Below are positions 9,577 to 19,735 of a stretch of 64,000 nt of DNA, in pieces (positions within the stretch are counted from its first letter, which is position 1; the number at the start of each line of letters is the position of its first letter). The notes under the pieces were generated by a model. The model saw nothing but the letters and a program-made list of their open reading frames with translations. It searched no databases and had not been told where the DNA came from. The DNA lies in NCBI GenBank assembly GCA_041483895.1, contig JBGPGO010000014.1, forward strand, positions 1 to 64,000, in the 5' to 3' direction. The DNA comes from Fimbriimonadia bacterium (GTDB lineage Bacteria > Armatimonadota > Fimbriimonadia > Fimbriimonadales > JABRVX01). Made by a program: the position numbers and the translations under genes.

Positions 9577-11256
9577 ATGATCACTCGCAGAAATCTCGGT
9601 GCGGTCGGTTGGTGGCTGCTCGGAACAACCGCCATTCTTGCGGGAGGCGCCGCGGTTGGATACAAGGTTTTCTTTGGAAGGGCCGGTGAGGCCGCCATTA
9701 GCTATCTACCCGCCGATGCGCAGGTAGTTCTGACCGTAGATCTCACACCTTCCCCACAGCAGGCGACCACTTTCGAACAGATCCGGCAGGCGCTCAAGCA
9801 GGAGGGCCTTCTGGATGAACTGGAAAAGGGTCTTGCCGCCAATCTCGACAAGAACAAGCTGATTTCGGACCTGCGGCCGCACATCAAGAATAATGTCGCC
9901 GCCGCGATGTGGGGCATCGAGCCGGGGAAAGACTCAAAGAACGTCGTGCTCCTGCTCGCTGTCGACGACCCCGTGGCGGTCAAGAACGCGCTCGGCAAAG
10001 AGCTTCGCGCGTACAAGTTGGAGAATGAGGACGCGTACGTAATCGATAAGGAAGGGACCGCCTGCGTCATTGGCAGCTACCTGACGATTGCCAGCAACGA
10101 AGAGTCGCTGAAGCAAGTGATCGCGACCAAGAACGGCAAGGGAAAGTCCGTTGCCCAGCTGCCGGAGTACCTGGACGCGCGCAAGGCGCTGCCTCAGGAC
10201 GCCAACGCGATGCTGTTCATCAGTTCTTCCGCTCTCAAGGAGGCGGGCAAGGAGGCACAGCAGCAGTTTGCGGTCGCGAATCCGTTTGCGAACGCGGGTT
10301 GGTTTTCGATGGGGCTGACGGTGCGGGCCGAGGGCCTGCTGTGCAGCGTCCGATCGCCGTTCGATTCCACTCGAATGCCGGAGGCGGCAGCGTTGGCCAA
10401 GTTGCCGAACTTGAATCTCAAAGCGCTGAGTCTGATGCCGGCGGGCGCGTATGGTGTTGCCGCCCTGTCCCAGCCGGCAGCGATCTTCCGCACCATCCAG
10501 GCATTTGCGCGCAAAGATTCCAAGTCGCTCGGCGAGATGGAAGACGGTCTGGCCAAGATGCGGAAAGAGACCGGGTTTGACCTGGAGCGAGACGTTTTGC
10601 CCGCCTTCGATGGCGAGATCACCGCGGCTCTCTATCCCGGCCCGGATGACAAGGACCCGGACGCGCTGTTCGTGATCGACAACAGCAATGGCGCGACACC
10701 TGCCGAGTTTGCTGAGAAGTTCCGCGCGGCTGCGGCATCGGGGCGGTTCGACAAAGATGGTAAGCACGCGAAGATCGCGGACGAATCCTACGGGGGCGCG
10801 GATATCCATTGGTTGGACCTGAGCGATGACCCGAGCGCGAAGGGCAAGACGCCTGGCTATGCAATCGTCAACGGCTCGGTGATTGCCGGAACGTCGCATG
10901 ACCTGATCCGGGAGGCGATCCGGACGGCAAAGGGCGGCGGCAACGAATTGGGTTCCGATCCGCGCTACGCGAAGATGCTCAAGAAGAACGTCAAGGACGC
11001 CCGGTTTGCCATCATGATCGATCTGCCGCGCCTTTTGATCGCGGCGACGGCAAAGAGCAACGGACCGAATTGGGATTGGAACCGATTCTTTGGCGACGAC
11101 GGTGTGGCGTTCTCCGCCAGCTACGATGGGAAGAAGGCGGTTGCGGAGCTGTTCATCCCGGTCAACTGGACGGAGGCGATCCACCGCGTCGGACAACAGG
11201 CGCGGGCAGATAAATCGCGAACAGGAGCAGCGTCGGATTCCTTCGAAGTCCACTAA
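9577..11256 (+). CDS. membrane-anchored DUF3352-like protein
   Basis: RBS AGGAGG; N-terminal TM; YLPADA..V...DL start and D..RD.LP.F.GE...A motif. Confidence 0.65.
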   Translation: MITRRNLGAVGWWLLGTTAILAGGAAVGYKVFFGRAGEAAISYLPADAQVVLTVDLTPSPQQATTFEQIRQALKQEGLLDELEKGLAANLDKNKLISDLRPHIKNNVAAAMWGIEPGKDSKNVVLLLAVDDPVAVKNALGKELRAYKLENEDAYVIDKEGTACVIGSYLTIASNEESLKQVIATKNGKGKSVAQLPEYLDARKALPQDANAMLFISSSALKEAGKEAQQQFAVANPFANAGWFSMGLTVRAEGLLCSVRSPFDSTRMPEAAALAKLPNLNLKALSLMPAGAYGVAALSQPAAIFRTIQAFARKDSKSLGEMEDGLAKMRKETGFDLERDVLPAFDGEITAALYPGPDDKDPDALFVIDNSNGATPAEFAEKFRAAAASGRFDKDGKHAKIADESYGGADIHWLDLSDDPSAKGKTPGYAIVNGSVIAGTSHDLIREAIRTAKGGGNELGSDPRYAKMLKKNVKDARFAIMIDLPRLLIAATAKSNGPNWDWNRFFGDDGVAFSASYDGKKAVAELFIPVNWTEAIHRVGQQARADKSRTGAASDSFEVH

Positions 11257-11262
11257 GATAAC

Positions 11263-11302
11263 AATGGCGGCCCTCCCCAATCAGATTGCGAGGGCCGTCA
11301 TT
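11263..11302. terminator. hairpin, likely bidirectional terminator between convergent genes
   Basis: AATGGCGGCCCTC...GAGGGCCGTCATT. Confidence 0.6.
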
Positions 11303-11304
11303 TC

Positions 11305-14169
11305 CTATGCGTCCCCGACTATTGCGAAATTGGTAAACACGATGTTGATATCGGGAAGGCCCACGATGCCGTCCCAATCGAGATCCCCGCCTTCAGCTCC
11401 GTTGGTTGCGAAATTAATCAGTTCTGAATTGAGGTCGCTGACAGTGACCGCATTGTCTCCATCGCCATCTCCATTGATGAGGGAAATATCAAGTTCTAAG
11501 CCTTGTTTGGTCATGATGGCATCGTGAACTGTCTTGCGTAGCCAATTTGGGAACTTGACAGATACATCGTAGGCGCCTGTCGGCACGTTCGGCAAAGAAT
11601 ACGAGCCGTCCGGAGCCAATGACATGTTGGATTGAATGAGTACTCTCGTCGAACCGGGGTCGCGAAATTCGATTTCTCCGACAAGGCCGCCGCTCCCAGA
11701 GTATTGATCGAGATCGATATGACCACCCATGGTACCGGTAGATGTGTTGCCACCTCCTGCAGCCTTGTAGCCGAGGACGTCACGGCTATGTGAGTTATTC
11801 CCGAGGTTTCGCGTGAACGGCAGCACCACTGTGCCATCGCTAGATACGTCCATGAGATCGCCAGCCAGCTCGGCATCGAGGAACCCGCCGGCATACCGTC
11901 CGGACCAACCGACATTACCCGCAGCGTCGAACTTGACAACGATGGAATCCCATCCAGCGGTGCCGTACTCCACGAACATGGCCGCATAGATGTTCCCATC
12001 GGCATCCAATCTTGGGCGAGTGCTCACTAAATTCGTCGAGCCGACATTCGATATCGAATACTTGCTGGACCAAACCAAACTGCCGCCGCTCGTGACTTTG
12101 GTAAGGTTTAGGTCGATGATCGTGCTTGTTGAAGTGGCGTTTGTGGTATAGACCGCAGAATCATCGGGTGCCACAGTCACTCCTCCATTTGGTATCTTTG
12201 GTCCGGAACTCGGAAGCCCGTACAGGAGACTACCGGAAGTATCGTAGCTGGCGAGACCGCCCTTGCCGAAACCATACATCTGGTTATGGGTGCTGTTGAA
12301 TGCCATGCTGACGCCGACGTCGTTCGCGTTGTTCCACCTCCGCTCCCAAAGGAGCACACCGTCCGAACGAAGTTTGAGGAGAAGAAAATCGTTCGCCCCG
12401 CTAACAACATTTCCATCGCCCGAATATCCGAATATGTAAATGTTCCCGCTCTGAATCTGCACTTGCTTGGCGGCATCCACTGCGAACGAAGAATTGTATA
12501 CTCCATTGATAGTAATGGACCCGGCAGAGTTGACCTTTCCGAGCCAGATACCCTGCCCGCTAGGTGCGGTGGGTACAACGCCGATCATTACAAGATTGCC
12601 GGCGCCATCAATGTAAAGGTCGGTCGGAGCGGTATTGATGGCAGTTCCCGGAAAGGTCCAACCGGCATCAATCGTGCCATGATCATTGTATCGCGTTATA
12701 TTGAACCCGGCCCCGGTTCCCATTCCGGCATAGAGATACGGGCCCGGCGATGCTGCCGCTTGGTAGACGATCGCCCCCGGCTTGACGAGGGAACCAGCGC
12801 CGCCAAATGTCCAAGCTTGGATCCCGTTTCCGACTCCGTTCTTGCTGATCCAGATGGTTTTGCCCGAGATCCCTGTGACCTCAAACAATGTATAGGACCA
12901 CGGGAATGCCATCAGCATTTCGACCGCGGTGCCGGTGGACGATGTCTGCTGAGTCGATGTCACGTAGATCGGTTGAACATCCGCATATCGAAGAACAGCC
13001 AGATATGTATCGAGCCTCCCACCCGCTATTGGATTAGAAAAGGCCTCGGGTAAAGCGGTGTTCTGGATTGCGCCACGCACGATCGCGGCGTTTTCCGGAC
13101 TACTAACTCCCCCAAGCTCCGAATACACGAGCGCCGCAGTGGCGGCAACGAGAGGTGCGGCGTACGAAGTTCCGGCGCCGTACGGGCCATATAACGGTGG
13201 TCCAATGTTAGGCTGCCAGTAGATGGAGACACCTTCGCCTGGCGCTCCGATATCCACCCATGACCCGTAATTCGACCACCAGGCGATGTCGTCACTAGAA
13301 TTCGTCGCAGCAACCGCAATACAGTTTGTGTACGCGGCGGGATAGAAAAGTTGCGATGTATGGTCATTTCCCGCAGAGGCGCACAGAACGACGCCGGCAG
13401 CCGCAGCCGCGTTGATCGCGTCTTGCATGGCGCTCGAAAAGCCATATCCACCCAAACTCAAATTGATAACTTGGGCCCCGTTTGTTACCGACCAGTTGAT
13501 TGCCGAGATGATCTGGTTTTCTGGAAAGTTATCAATCGTGCCCGCGCGAACGGCAAAGAACTTACAATTGAACCCGGCTCCTGCAATGCCAACATTATTG
13601 TTCGTCACACACGACGAAACGCTGGCAACCGTTGTCCCGTGAACGTCCAGGGGTCCTTCCGTCGGATCAGTATCGTTGTCTTGAAAGTCGTAGCCTCCGG
13701 CATAATTAGCGGCCAGGTCGGGCAAATTGTAGTGGACTCCCGAATCGATGATGGCGATCGTGACGCCGGAGCTTCCTGTGCAGTAATCCCACGCCTTCGG
13801 GCATTCAATGCGCTCAGCGGCCCATTGCTGTGACCAGCCGGGGTCGTTCGGCGTGAAGTCGCAGCCTTTGTAGACAATGTCCGGTTCGGCATCCCGAATG
13901 GTCGGGCGCGACTTAAGCCAAGTTATCACTGCAGGAATGTTTTTCGCTGTGGGATAGTCAAGGAGGACCCAACCGATTGCTGGATAGGTTCGCTTAACAC
14001 GACCCCCGAAGAGGGTCATGCCGATTTTCGGCTGAATGGCCTTATAGTCCGCAAGCTTGACCATTGCATGTCCCTGTACGCAACGCGTACTGTCAGGCAA
14101 TACGCTGATCGTATCCGCCGCCCACGCCGCAGATTGCAAGCAAAATAGAGCCACCGCAACTCGAATCAC
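11305..14169 (-). CDS. secreted S8 (subtilisin/thermitase-like) serine peptidase with beta-propeller-like region and C-terminal dockerin-like domain
   Basis: IAIIDSG, HGT, VINLSLG, ASAGN, GTSYAAP; GGAGG RBS before GTG; NGDGDGDN..DLDWDG EF-hand-like repeats at C-terminus. Confidence 0.88.
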   Translation of the reverse strand: MIRVAVALFCLQSAAWAADTISVLPDSTRCVQGHAMVKLADYKAIQPKIGMTLFGGRVKRTYPAIGWVLLDYPTAKNIPAVITWLKSRPTIRDAEPDIVYKGCDFTPNDPGWSQQWAAERIECPKAWDYCTGSSGVTIAIIDSGVHYNLPDLAANYAGGYDFQDNDTDPTEGPLDVHGTTVASVSSCVTNNNVGIAGAGFNCKFFAVRAGTIDNFPENQIISAINWSVTNGAQVINLSLGGYGFSSAMQDAINAAAAAGVVLCASAGNDHTSQLFYPAAYTNCIAVAATNSSDDIAWWSNYGSWVDIGAPGEGVSIYWQPNIGPPLYGPYGAGTSYAAPLVAATAALVYSELGGVSSPENAAIVRGAIQNTALPEAFSNPIAGGRLDTYLAVLRYADVQPIYVTSTQQTSSTGTAVEMLMAFPWSYTLFEVTGISGKTIWISKNGVGNGIQAWTFGGAGSLVKPGAIVYQAAASPGPYLYAGMGTGAGFNITRYNDHGTIDAGWTFPGTAINTAPTDLYIDGAGNLVMIGVVPTAPSGQGIWLGKVNSAGSITINGVYNSSFAVDAAKQVQIQSGNIYIFGYSGDGNVVSGANDFLLLKLRSDGVLLWERRWNNANDVGVSMAFNSTHNQMYGFGKGGLASYDTSGSLLYGLPSSGPKIPNGGVTVAPDDSAVYTTNATSTSTIIDLNLTKVTSGGSLVWSSKYSISNVGSTNLVSTRPRLDADGNIYAAMFVEYGTAGWDSIVVKFDAAGNVGWSGRYAGGFLDAELAGDLMDVSSDGTVVLPFTRNLGNNSHSRDVLGYKAAGGGNTSTGTMGGHIDLDQYSGSGGLVGEIEFRDPGSTRVLIQSNMSLAPDGSYSLPNVPTGAYDVSVKFPNWLRKTVHDAIMTKQGLELDISLINGDGDGDNAVTVSDLNSELINFATNGAEGGDLDWDGIVGLPDINIVFTNFAIVGDA

Positions 14170-14328
14170 TTTGTCCTCCAATACACCTGTAGCCGTCCTG
14201 GCAGTATGGCACCAGGACATTTGGCTGTCAAATAAGAATGATGTCGGCAGGCGGGAGTTACGGAATTGTCCGAACGTCCTAGCACCCGTCCCTTGCGGCA
14301 TACGGGAGGGTTAACGTACAATCATATC

Positions 14329-15342
14329 GTGAAATTCATCGCCCTGCTACTCGTTGCCCTGGTCCCATTGGCGGTTTGCGACGGCGCTGGGCCAACAACA
14401 GAACGGAAATTCAAGATTCTGTTCGTCCGGGACGGCAATATCTGGATCGCGAATGGAGACGGCTCCGGGCGAACGATGATCGTGCATGATGCCAACCATC
14501 CCTGCTGGTCGCCGGATCGCAAGCGATTTGCCTTCCGTCGTGATGCCGACGTCTGGATCGCTGACGCTACGGGAAAGTATCAGCGGCCGCTCACGCATTA
14601 CCCAAAAGAGCTGGCGCCAAAACCGAGCCTGTACCGTGTAGATGTTGATAGCGGCTCCATCCTTGCCTGGGGTCGTCACGACAACGTCATTACTTTTTGG
14701 GGATATGCGAAAGAGGAAGGAAAGTGGCAGCCGGCCATTTGTGAAGCGCCGGCCGAAGCGCGCAGCAAGATACCGATTAAGGAGCGGCTCGGCTATGCGA
14801 CGGATGGGTGGAATTTGGGCAGTCCGGATGCGCTCGCCTGGTCGGAAGACGGGAACAGTCTTGCCTTCTCTTGCAGCGGCGACATATTGTTGACCTATCG
14901 CAATGGGCCGCGCTTCGAAGGCGAATCCCATCCCGAGTGGGGTTTTGAGAACTATTCATGGGAAGCGATTCGATTGGCGGCGGTGGCGCAGTACGATAAT
15001 CCGAGCTATCGCGCCAGCCGAGAGGATTATGGGGTGACAAAGATTAGTTGGCTGCCGGGGAACGGCAGGCTGGTGTATGGCATCGAACGTTTGGGAGGTT
15101 CCGGATTCGCCCAGGTGCGGCTCTTGCGGTTCAAGATAGGCGACAGCCATTACCGTCTCGGTGTTCCACAGATCGACCAGGACCAGCTGATTGCGGACGA
15201 CGCTTGGGATCCGGCTGCATCGCCGGACGGCAGGTTAGTGGCGTTCCACTGTTCGGGGCACGAGCGGGACATTGTAATCCGGCCCGTGAAGGGCGGGACA
15301 ATGAAGTTGTTGATCAAGAATGCCGACCAACTGAGCTGGTAG
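14329..15342 (+). CDS. secreted TolB-like (PD40/WD40) beta-propeller protein
   Basis: Signal peptide; PCWSPD, AWSEDG, PAASPDG repeats. Confidence 0.75.
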   Translation: MKFIALLLVALVPLAVCDGAGPTTERKFKILFVRDGNIWIANGDGSGRTMIVHDANHPCWSPDRKRFAFRRDADVWIADATGKYQRPLTHYPKELAPKPSLYRVDVDSGSILAWGRHDNVITFWGYAKEEGKWQPAICEAPAEARSKIPIKERLGYATDGWNLGSPDALAWSEDGNSLAFSCSGDILLTYRNGPRFEGESHPEWGFENYSWEAIRLAAVAQYDNPSYRASREDYGVTKISWLPGNGRLVYGIERLGGSGFAQVRLLRFKIGDSHYRLGVPQIDQDQLIADDAWDPAASPDGRLVAFHCSGHERDIVIRPVKGGTMKLLIKNADQLSW

Positions 15343-15361
15343 GTCCTAGCCGTTAGCAAAG

Positions 15362-15547
15362 TCATAGGCCACTAAGAATACTTCCTATTGTAGCCAGATT
15401 GCCAGCAAGACCAATGGTCGAAAATCCATATGTCATTGAACTGACCGTCAGTCGCTGCCTGTCCGTCGGCAAATCCTCGACGCGGGTCTTTCTTGGCCAT
15501 ATCTCGGTTTCACGGGGTTTGGGCATGTCGTTCGGATTGTCCCCCAA
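15362..15547 (-). CDS. small hypothetical protein
   Basis: 61-aa ORF filling an intergenic gap; no recognisable motif. Confidence 0.25.
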   Translation of the reverse strand: MGDNPNDMPKPRETEIWPRKTRVEDLPTDRQRLTVSSMTYGFSTIGLAGNLATIGSILSGL

Positions 15548-15601
15548 AATGACGGCGGGCCGGCCCGGTATACTCTAGGCCAGCAACGAAAGGGAGATGA
15601 C

Positions 15602-17653
15602 ATGCCGGAGAATTTGTGGCGGGATGAGGAGTATGCGAAGCTGCCGGACCTGGAAGGGCTGGTTTACCGCTCCAGGCTGCAGGGGGCTGACCGCAAGGTG
15701 TGCAACATCTATGGCGGCAACACCAGTTCCAAGCTGACGGTGAAAGACCACACGGGCCGGGAGCGCCAGGTCCTATACGTCAAAGGCTCCGGCTCTGACC
15801 TGTCCGACATCACCGAAAAAGGTTTTGCCGTGCTGAAGCTCCACGAGGTGCTGCCGGTGCGCGAGCGCGAGGCGATGACCGACGACGAGATGGTGGACTA
15901 TCTGGGCCGATGCGTGCTGGAGCCGGGCCGTCCCCGCCAATCCATCGAGACCCTTTTGCATGCTTTTGTTCCCTTCCCCTGTGTCGACCACACGCACCCG
16001 GATGCCATCATCAGCATCGCCTGCAACCCCGAAGGGAAGGCGATCGCGCGAGATTTGTACGGCGATCGGGCGGCGTGGGTAGACTATATCCGACCTGGTT
16101 TTCTGCTCAGCAAATGGATCGCCGACGCATCCGAATCCTCTCCCAAGATTGAAGCGGTCGTTATGGCCAAGCACGGTCTTGTCACGTGGGGACCGGATTC
16201 CAAAACCTCCTATGCCAACGCGATTCGAATCATCGACGAAGCGGAGAAGTTTATTAATTCTCGCGGCAAATCGGTATTCGGTGGGTTCGATATCCCCGCC
16301 CGAGACGACCGGCGCGAGATCGCCAAGCAGGTTCTCCCGGCCCTTACGGGTCTGGTTTCCAAGAATCGATACGCCGTCATCCGGTATGACGATTCTGCGG
16401 ATGTTCTCGCATACGTCGGGACCGCCGCCGCCCGCGATCTCTCGCAGATCGGCGCGGCCTGTCCCGATCACCTGGTGCACACGAAACGGCAGCCGCTGTT
16501 CGTCGATTGGAAGCCCGAGCAAGGGATCGATGCGTTGCGATCTGCCCTAAAGACCGGCGTGGACGGTTTCGTAGAGCGATACGGCCGCTATTTCGATGAG
16601 AACAAGGAGGCGGGTGATGTGTCGGGCGATCCCGCGCCACGCGTTGTGCTTGTGGGGGGCGTCGGCATGTTCTGCATCGGGAGAGACGCGACCAACTCCG
16701 AGGTCACGCGGCAGCTCGCCCATCGCGCGATATCGGTGATCGAAGGCAGTATGGCGCTCGGCGGCTTCGATTCTCTGAGCGCCGCTGAATCCTTTTCCGT
16801 TGAGTATTGGCCTTTGGAACTGTACAAATTGAAGCTGGCGCCGCCACCAAAAGAGCTGGCTGGGCGCGTGGCGTTGGTGACAGGTGGCGCGTCGGGGATC
16901 GGACGGGCGACCGCGGAGCGATTGTGCTCGGAAGGGGCGCACGTCGTCGTCACGGATATCAATTCCGAGGGGGCCGAAAAGGCGGCCTGCGAATTGGTGC
17001 AAACGTTCGGCAAAGATCGGGCGGTGGTGATCGGCGGCGACGTGACCGACGAAAAATCCGTCGCGGCCATGTTCGATAAGGCGATCATGACATACGGCGG
17101 GTTGGACGTGCTGGTCTGCTCAGCCGGCATCGCGAGCAGCGCGCCGATCGAAGACACATCGCTGGCCGAATGGAATCGAAATCATAACATTCTAGGAACA
17201 GGTTACTTCCTTGCGGCCAGGGAGGCGTTTCGCATTTTCAAGCAGCAAGGAATCGGCGGCAACATCGTGTTCGTTTGCAGCAAAAACAGCGTGGCGGCCG
17301 GCAAAAACGCCGCCGCATACAGCTCCGCAAAGGCCGCCGAAATGCACATGGCGCGGTGCCTGGCGGAAGAGGGCGGCGCGCATGGCATTCGCGTCAATTG
17401 TGTGCTGCCGGACGCGGTGCTGAGCGGCTCCACCATCTGGCAGGGCAAGTGGCGAGAGGAGCGCGCTGCGGCATACGGCATCAAGCCGGAGGAGTTGGAG
17501 GAGTTCTATCGGCAACGGACCACGTTGAAACGATCCGTATTCCCTGAGGACCTCGCCGAAGCCATTCTCTACTTCGCTTCCGATCGATCTTCAAAGACGA
17601 CCGGCGGGGCGCTGACCGTGGACGCTGGGGTTCCGGCAGCCTACCTGCGCTAG
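15602..17653 (+). CDS. bifunctional rhamnulose-1-phosphate aldolase / short-chain (lactaldehyde) dehydrogenase, RhaEW-type
   Basis: GGNTSSK, KGSG.DL, SIET.LH, HTHPDA, CPDH; SDR half with TGGASGIG and Y...K. Confidence 0.92.
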   Translation: MPENLWRDEEYAKLPDLEGLVYRSRLQGADRKVCNIYGGNTSSKLTVKDHTGRERQVLYVKGSGSDLSDITEKGFAVLKLHEVLPVREREAMTDDEMVDYLGRCVLEPGRPRQSIETLLHAFVPFPCVDHTHPDAIISIACNPEGKAIARDLYGDRAAWVDYIRPGFLLSKWIADASESSPKIEAVVMAKHGLVTWGPDSKTSYANAIRIIDEAEKFINSRGKSVFGGFDIPARDDRREIAKQVLPALTGLVSKNRYAVIRYDDSADVLAYVGTAAARDLSQIGAACPDHLVHTKRQPLFVDWKPEQGIDALRSALKTGVDGFVERYGRYFDENKEAGDVSGDPAPRVVLVGGVGMFCIGRDATNSEVTRQLAHRAISVIEGSMALGGFDSLSAAESFSVEYWPLELYKLKLAPPPKELAGRVALVTGGASGIGRATAERLCSEGAHVVVTDINSEGAEKAACELVQTFGKDRAVVIGGDVTDEKSVAAMFDKAIMTYGGLDVLVCSAGIASSAPIEDTSLAEWNRNHNILGTGYFLAAREAFRIFKQQGIGGNIVFVCSKNSVAAGKNAAAYSSAKAAEMHMARCLAEEGGAHGIRVNCVLPDAVLSGSTIWQGKWREERAAAYGIKPEELEEFYRQRTTLKRSVFPEDLAEAILYFASDRSSKTTGGALTVDAGVPAAYLR

Positions 17654-17654
17654 C

Positions 17655-18329
17655 ATGGTTTCCATATTTGCGACCTGCCTCGTCGACACATTTTTTCCCG
17701 AGATCGGCATGGGCATGGTGCGAATCCTCGATCATCTCGGCGTGATGCACAACTTTCCGGAAGCGCAGACCTGTTGCGGTCAGCCCGCGTTCAATGCGGG
17801 CTATCCAGCGGAGGCAGGCATGGTTGGAAGGGCGTTTGGGCGGGCGTTCGCTGAGTCGGAGCAGATCGTTACGCCGTCGGCAAGCTGCGCGGCATACGCG
17901 CGCCATCATTTGCACGATTCGCGCGTGATGGAGATCAGCGAGTTTATTGTGGACGTGTTGGGCGTGCGAGACCTCGGTGTTCGATCAAAGGCGGCGAGGG
18001 CCGTCGTCCACAATGGGTGTCACGGCATGCGTTTGCTCGGTCTCGGTCCGCAAGCCGTTACGCTTTTGGAAAATGTCGCAGGTCTGGAATTGTTGGATTT
18101 CGAAAGGCCGGAGGAATGCTGCGGTTTTGGCGGAATGTTCTCCGTCAAGATGGCGGACATCAGCGCGGCGATGATGGATTCGAAACTGGACTGCATGATC
18201 GCGTCGGGAGCAGACTTCGGCCTGACCGGCGATCCGGGCTGTCTCATGCATCTGAATGGCGGCCTGTCGCGGCGCGGATCACCGTTTCGCATCCGGCATT
18301 ATGCCGAGTTCTTGGGTGGGCTGATTTGA
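17655..18329 (+). CDS. lutA: L-lactate utilization Fe-S protein LutA/LldE
   Basis: TCLVD, QTCCGQPAFNAG, ECCGFGG.FSVK, D.GCLMH. Confidence 0.9.
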   Translation: MVSIFATCLVDTFFPEIGMGMVRILDHLGVMHNFPEAQTCCGQPAFNAGYPAEAGMVGRAFGRAFAESEQIVTPSASCAAYARHHLHDSRVMEISEFIVDVLGVRDLGVRSKAARAVVHNGCHGMRLLGLGPQAVTLLENVAGLELLDFERPEECCGFGGMFSVKMADISAAMMDSKLDCMIASGADFGLTGDPGCLMHLNGGLSRRGSPFRIRHYAEFLGGLI

Positions 18330-19735
18330 CGCCTCACACAAAGGACTTCATCCCCGCCGCACAGGTAGCGCTGGCCGATCCGGCGTTGCGCAAGGCGGTG
18401 CTTGCGGGCACGATGCGGCCGTACACATTGGCGCGCCAGCTTTTGGACGAAACCACCGACAAAGAGGCCCTTCGGTCGCAGTCCAGGGCCGCTCGGATCC
18501 GGGCGCTGCGAAATCTGCCGACTCTTCTAGAGCAATTGGAAGAGAACATGACGCGAAACGGCGGGAAAGTGCTTTGGGCATCTGACGCGGCAGAGGCCAA
18601 TCGACTGATTCTGGATTTGTGCCGACGGAAGAACGTGCGGCTGGTGGCAAAGAGCAAATCGATGGTGACGGAGGAGATCGGCCTCAATCATGCGTTGGAA
18701 GACGACGGCATCGAGGTGGTGGAAACCGATCTTGGCGAGTACATCATTCAGATCGCGGGAGAGACTCCTAGCCACATCATCGCCCCTGTTATTCACCGAT
18801 CGAAAGAATCGATCGGCTCTCTGCTGACGGAGAAACTGGGAATGCCGGCAACCGATGATCCCTCCGAGATGATGCGCTTCGTCCGCGGCGTACTGCGGGA
18901 AAAATTCTTGCGCGCGGATATGGGGTTGAGTGGATGCAATTTTGCGGTTGCCGAGACCGGCGGCATCTGCATCATCACGAATGAGGGCAATGGGCGCATG
19001 GTGACTACGCTGCCTCGTATTCATGTCGCCGTCATGGGTCTGGAACGAATTGTGGCGACCTGGTTCGAGCTGGCGACATTGGTACAAATTCTTCCGCGTG
19101 CCGCGACCGGCCAGCGCCTTACAACCTACATCAATTTGATCCACGGTCCGCGGCGGGCCGGAGATACCGATGGACCGGAAGAACTGTATCTCGTCATCGT
19201 AGACAACGGCCGAAGCCGAATTCTAGCCTCCGACTATGCTGAGGCTTTGCTTTGCATTCGGTGCGGCGCGTGCCTCAATGCTTGCCCGGTCTATCGGCGG
19301 ACCGGCGGCCATGCGTACGGGTGGGTATATCCCGGGCCAATCGGCGCCGTCATCGATCCCCTCCTGCTCGGTCTTGCCGAGGCGCCAGATCTGCCCCATG
19401 CCAGCAGCCTGTGCGGGGCGTGCAAGGACGCCTGTCCGGTTCGCATCGACCTGCCAGAAATGCTTGTCAAACTGCGCGGCGAGCCGGCATTGCGGAAAAA
19501 GGCGGGATTTTGGGCCCACGTTGCGATGCAAGGCTGGGAGGTGACAATGCTGTTGCCACCGCTGTATCGGATGGCAACGCGATTTAGCCACTGGTTTTTG
19601 CGCGCTTGGACCAATGATGAAGGCTGGATACGGGACAGTTGGGGTCCGTGGGCTGCTTGGACGAAATCACGCGATCTACCCGCGCCCGCGCCAATACTAT
19701 TCCGGGATTTGTACAAGAAGAATTGGAAAAGTTAG
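18326..19735 (+). CDS. lutB: L-lactate utilization Fe-S protein LutB/LldF
   Basis: KSKSMVTEEI, ETDLGEYIIQ, PSHIIAP, CIRCGACLNACPVY, SSLCGAC...CPVRI; TTG start overlapping lutA stop. Confidence 0.92.
   Translation: MTPHTKDFIPAAQVALADPALRKAVLAGTMRPYTLARQLLDETTDKEALRSQSRAARIRALRNLPTLLEQLEENMTRNGGKVLWASDAAEANRLILDLCRRKNVRLVAKSKSMVTEEIGLNHALEDDGIEVVETDLGEYIIQIAGETPSHIIAPVIHRSKESIGSLLTEKLGMPATDDPSEMMRFVRGVLREKFLRADMGLSGCNFAVAETGGICIITNEGNGRMVTTLPRIHVAVMGLERIVATWFELATLVQILPRAATGQRLTTYINLIHGPRRAGDTDGPEELYLVIVDNGRSRILASDYAEALLCIRCGACLNACPVYRRTGGHAYGWVYPGPIGAVIDPLLLGLAEAPDLPHASSLCGACKDACPVRIDLPEMLVKLRGEPALRKKAGFWAHVAMQGWEVTMLLPPLYRMATRFSHWFLRAWTNDEGWIRDSWGPWAAWTKSRDLPAPAPILFRDLYKKNWKS

Noticed and set aside
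9934..11280. Long antisense ORFs (also 361-1248, 35801-37120, 38300-39391, 59069-59881)
   Set aside because: Shadow frames of well-supported genes in GC-rich DNA, with no recognisable motifs
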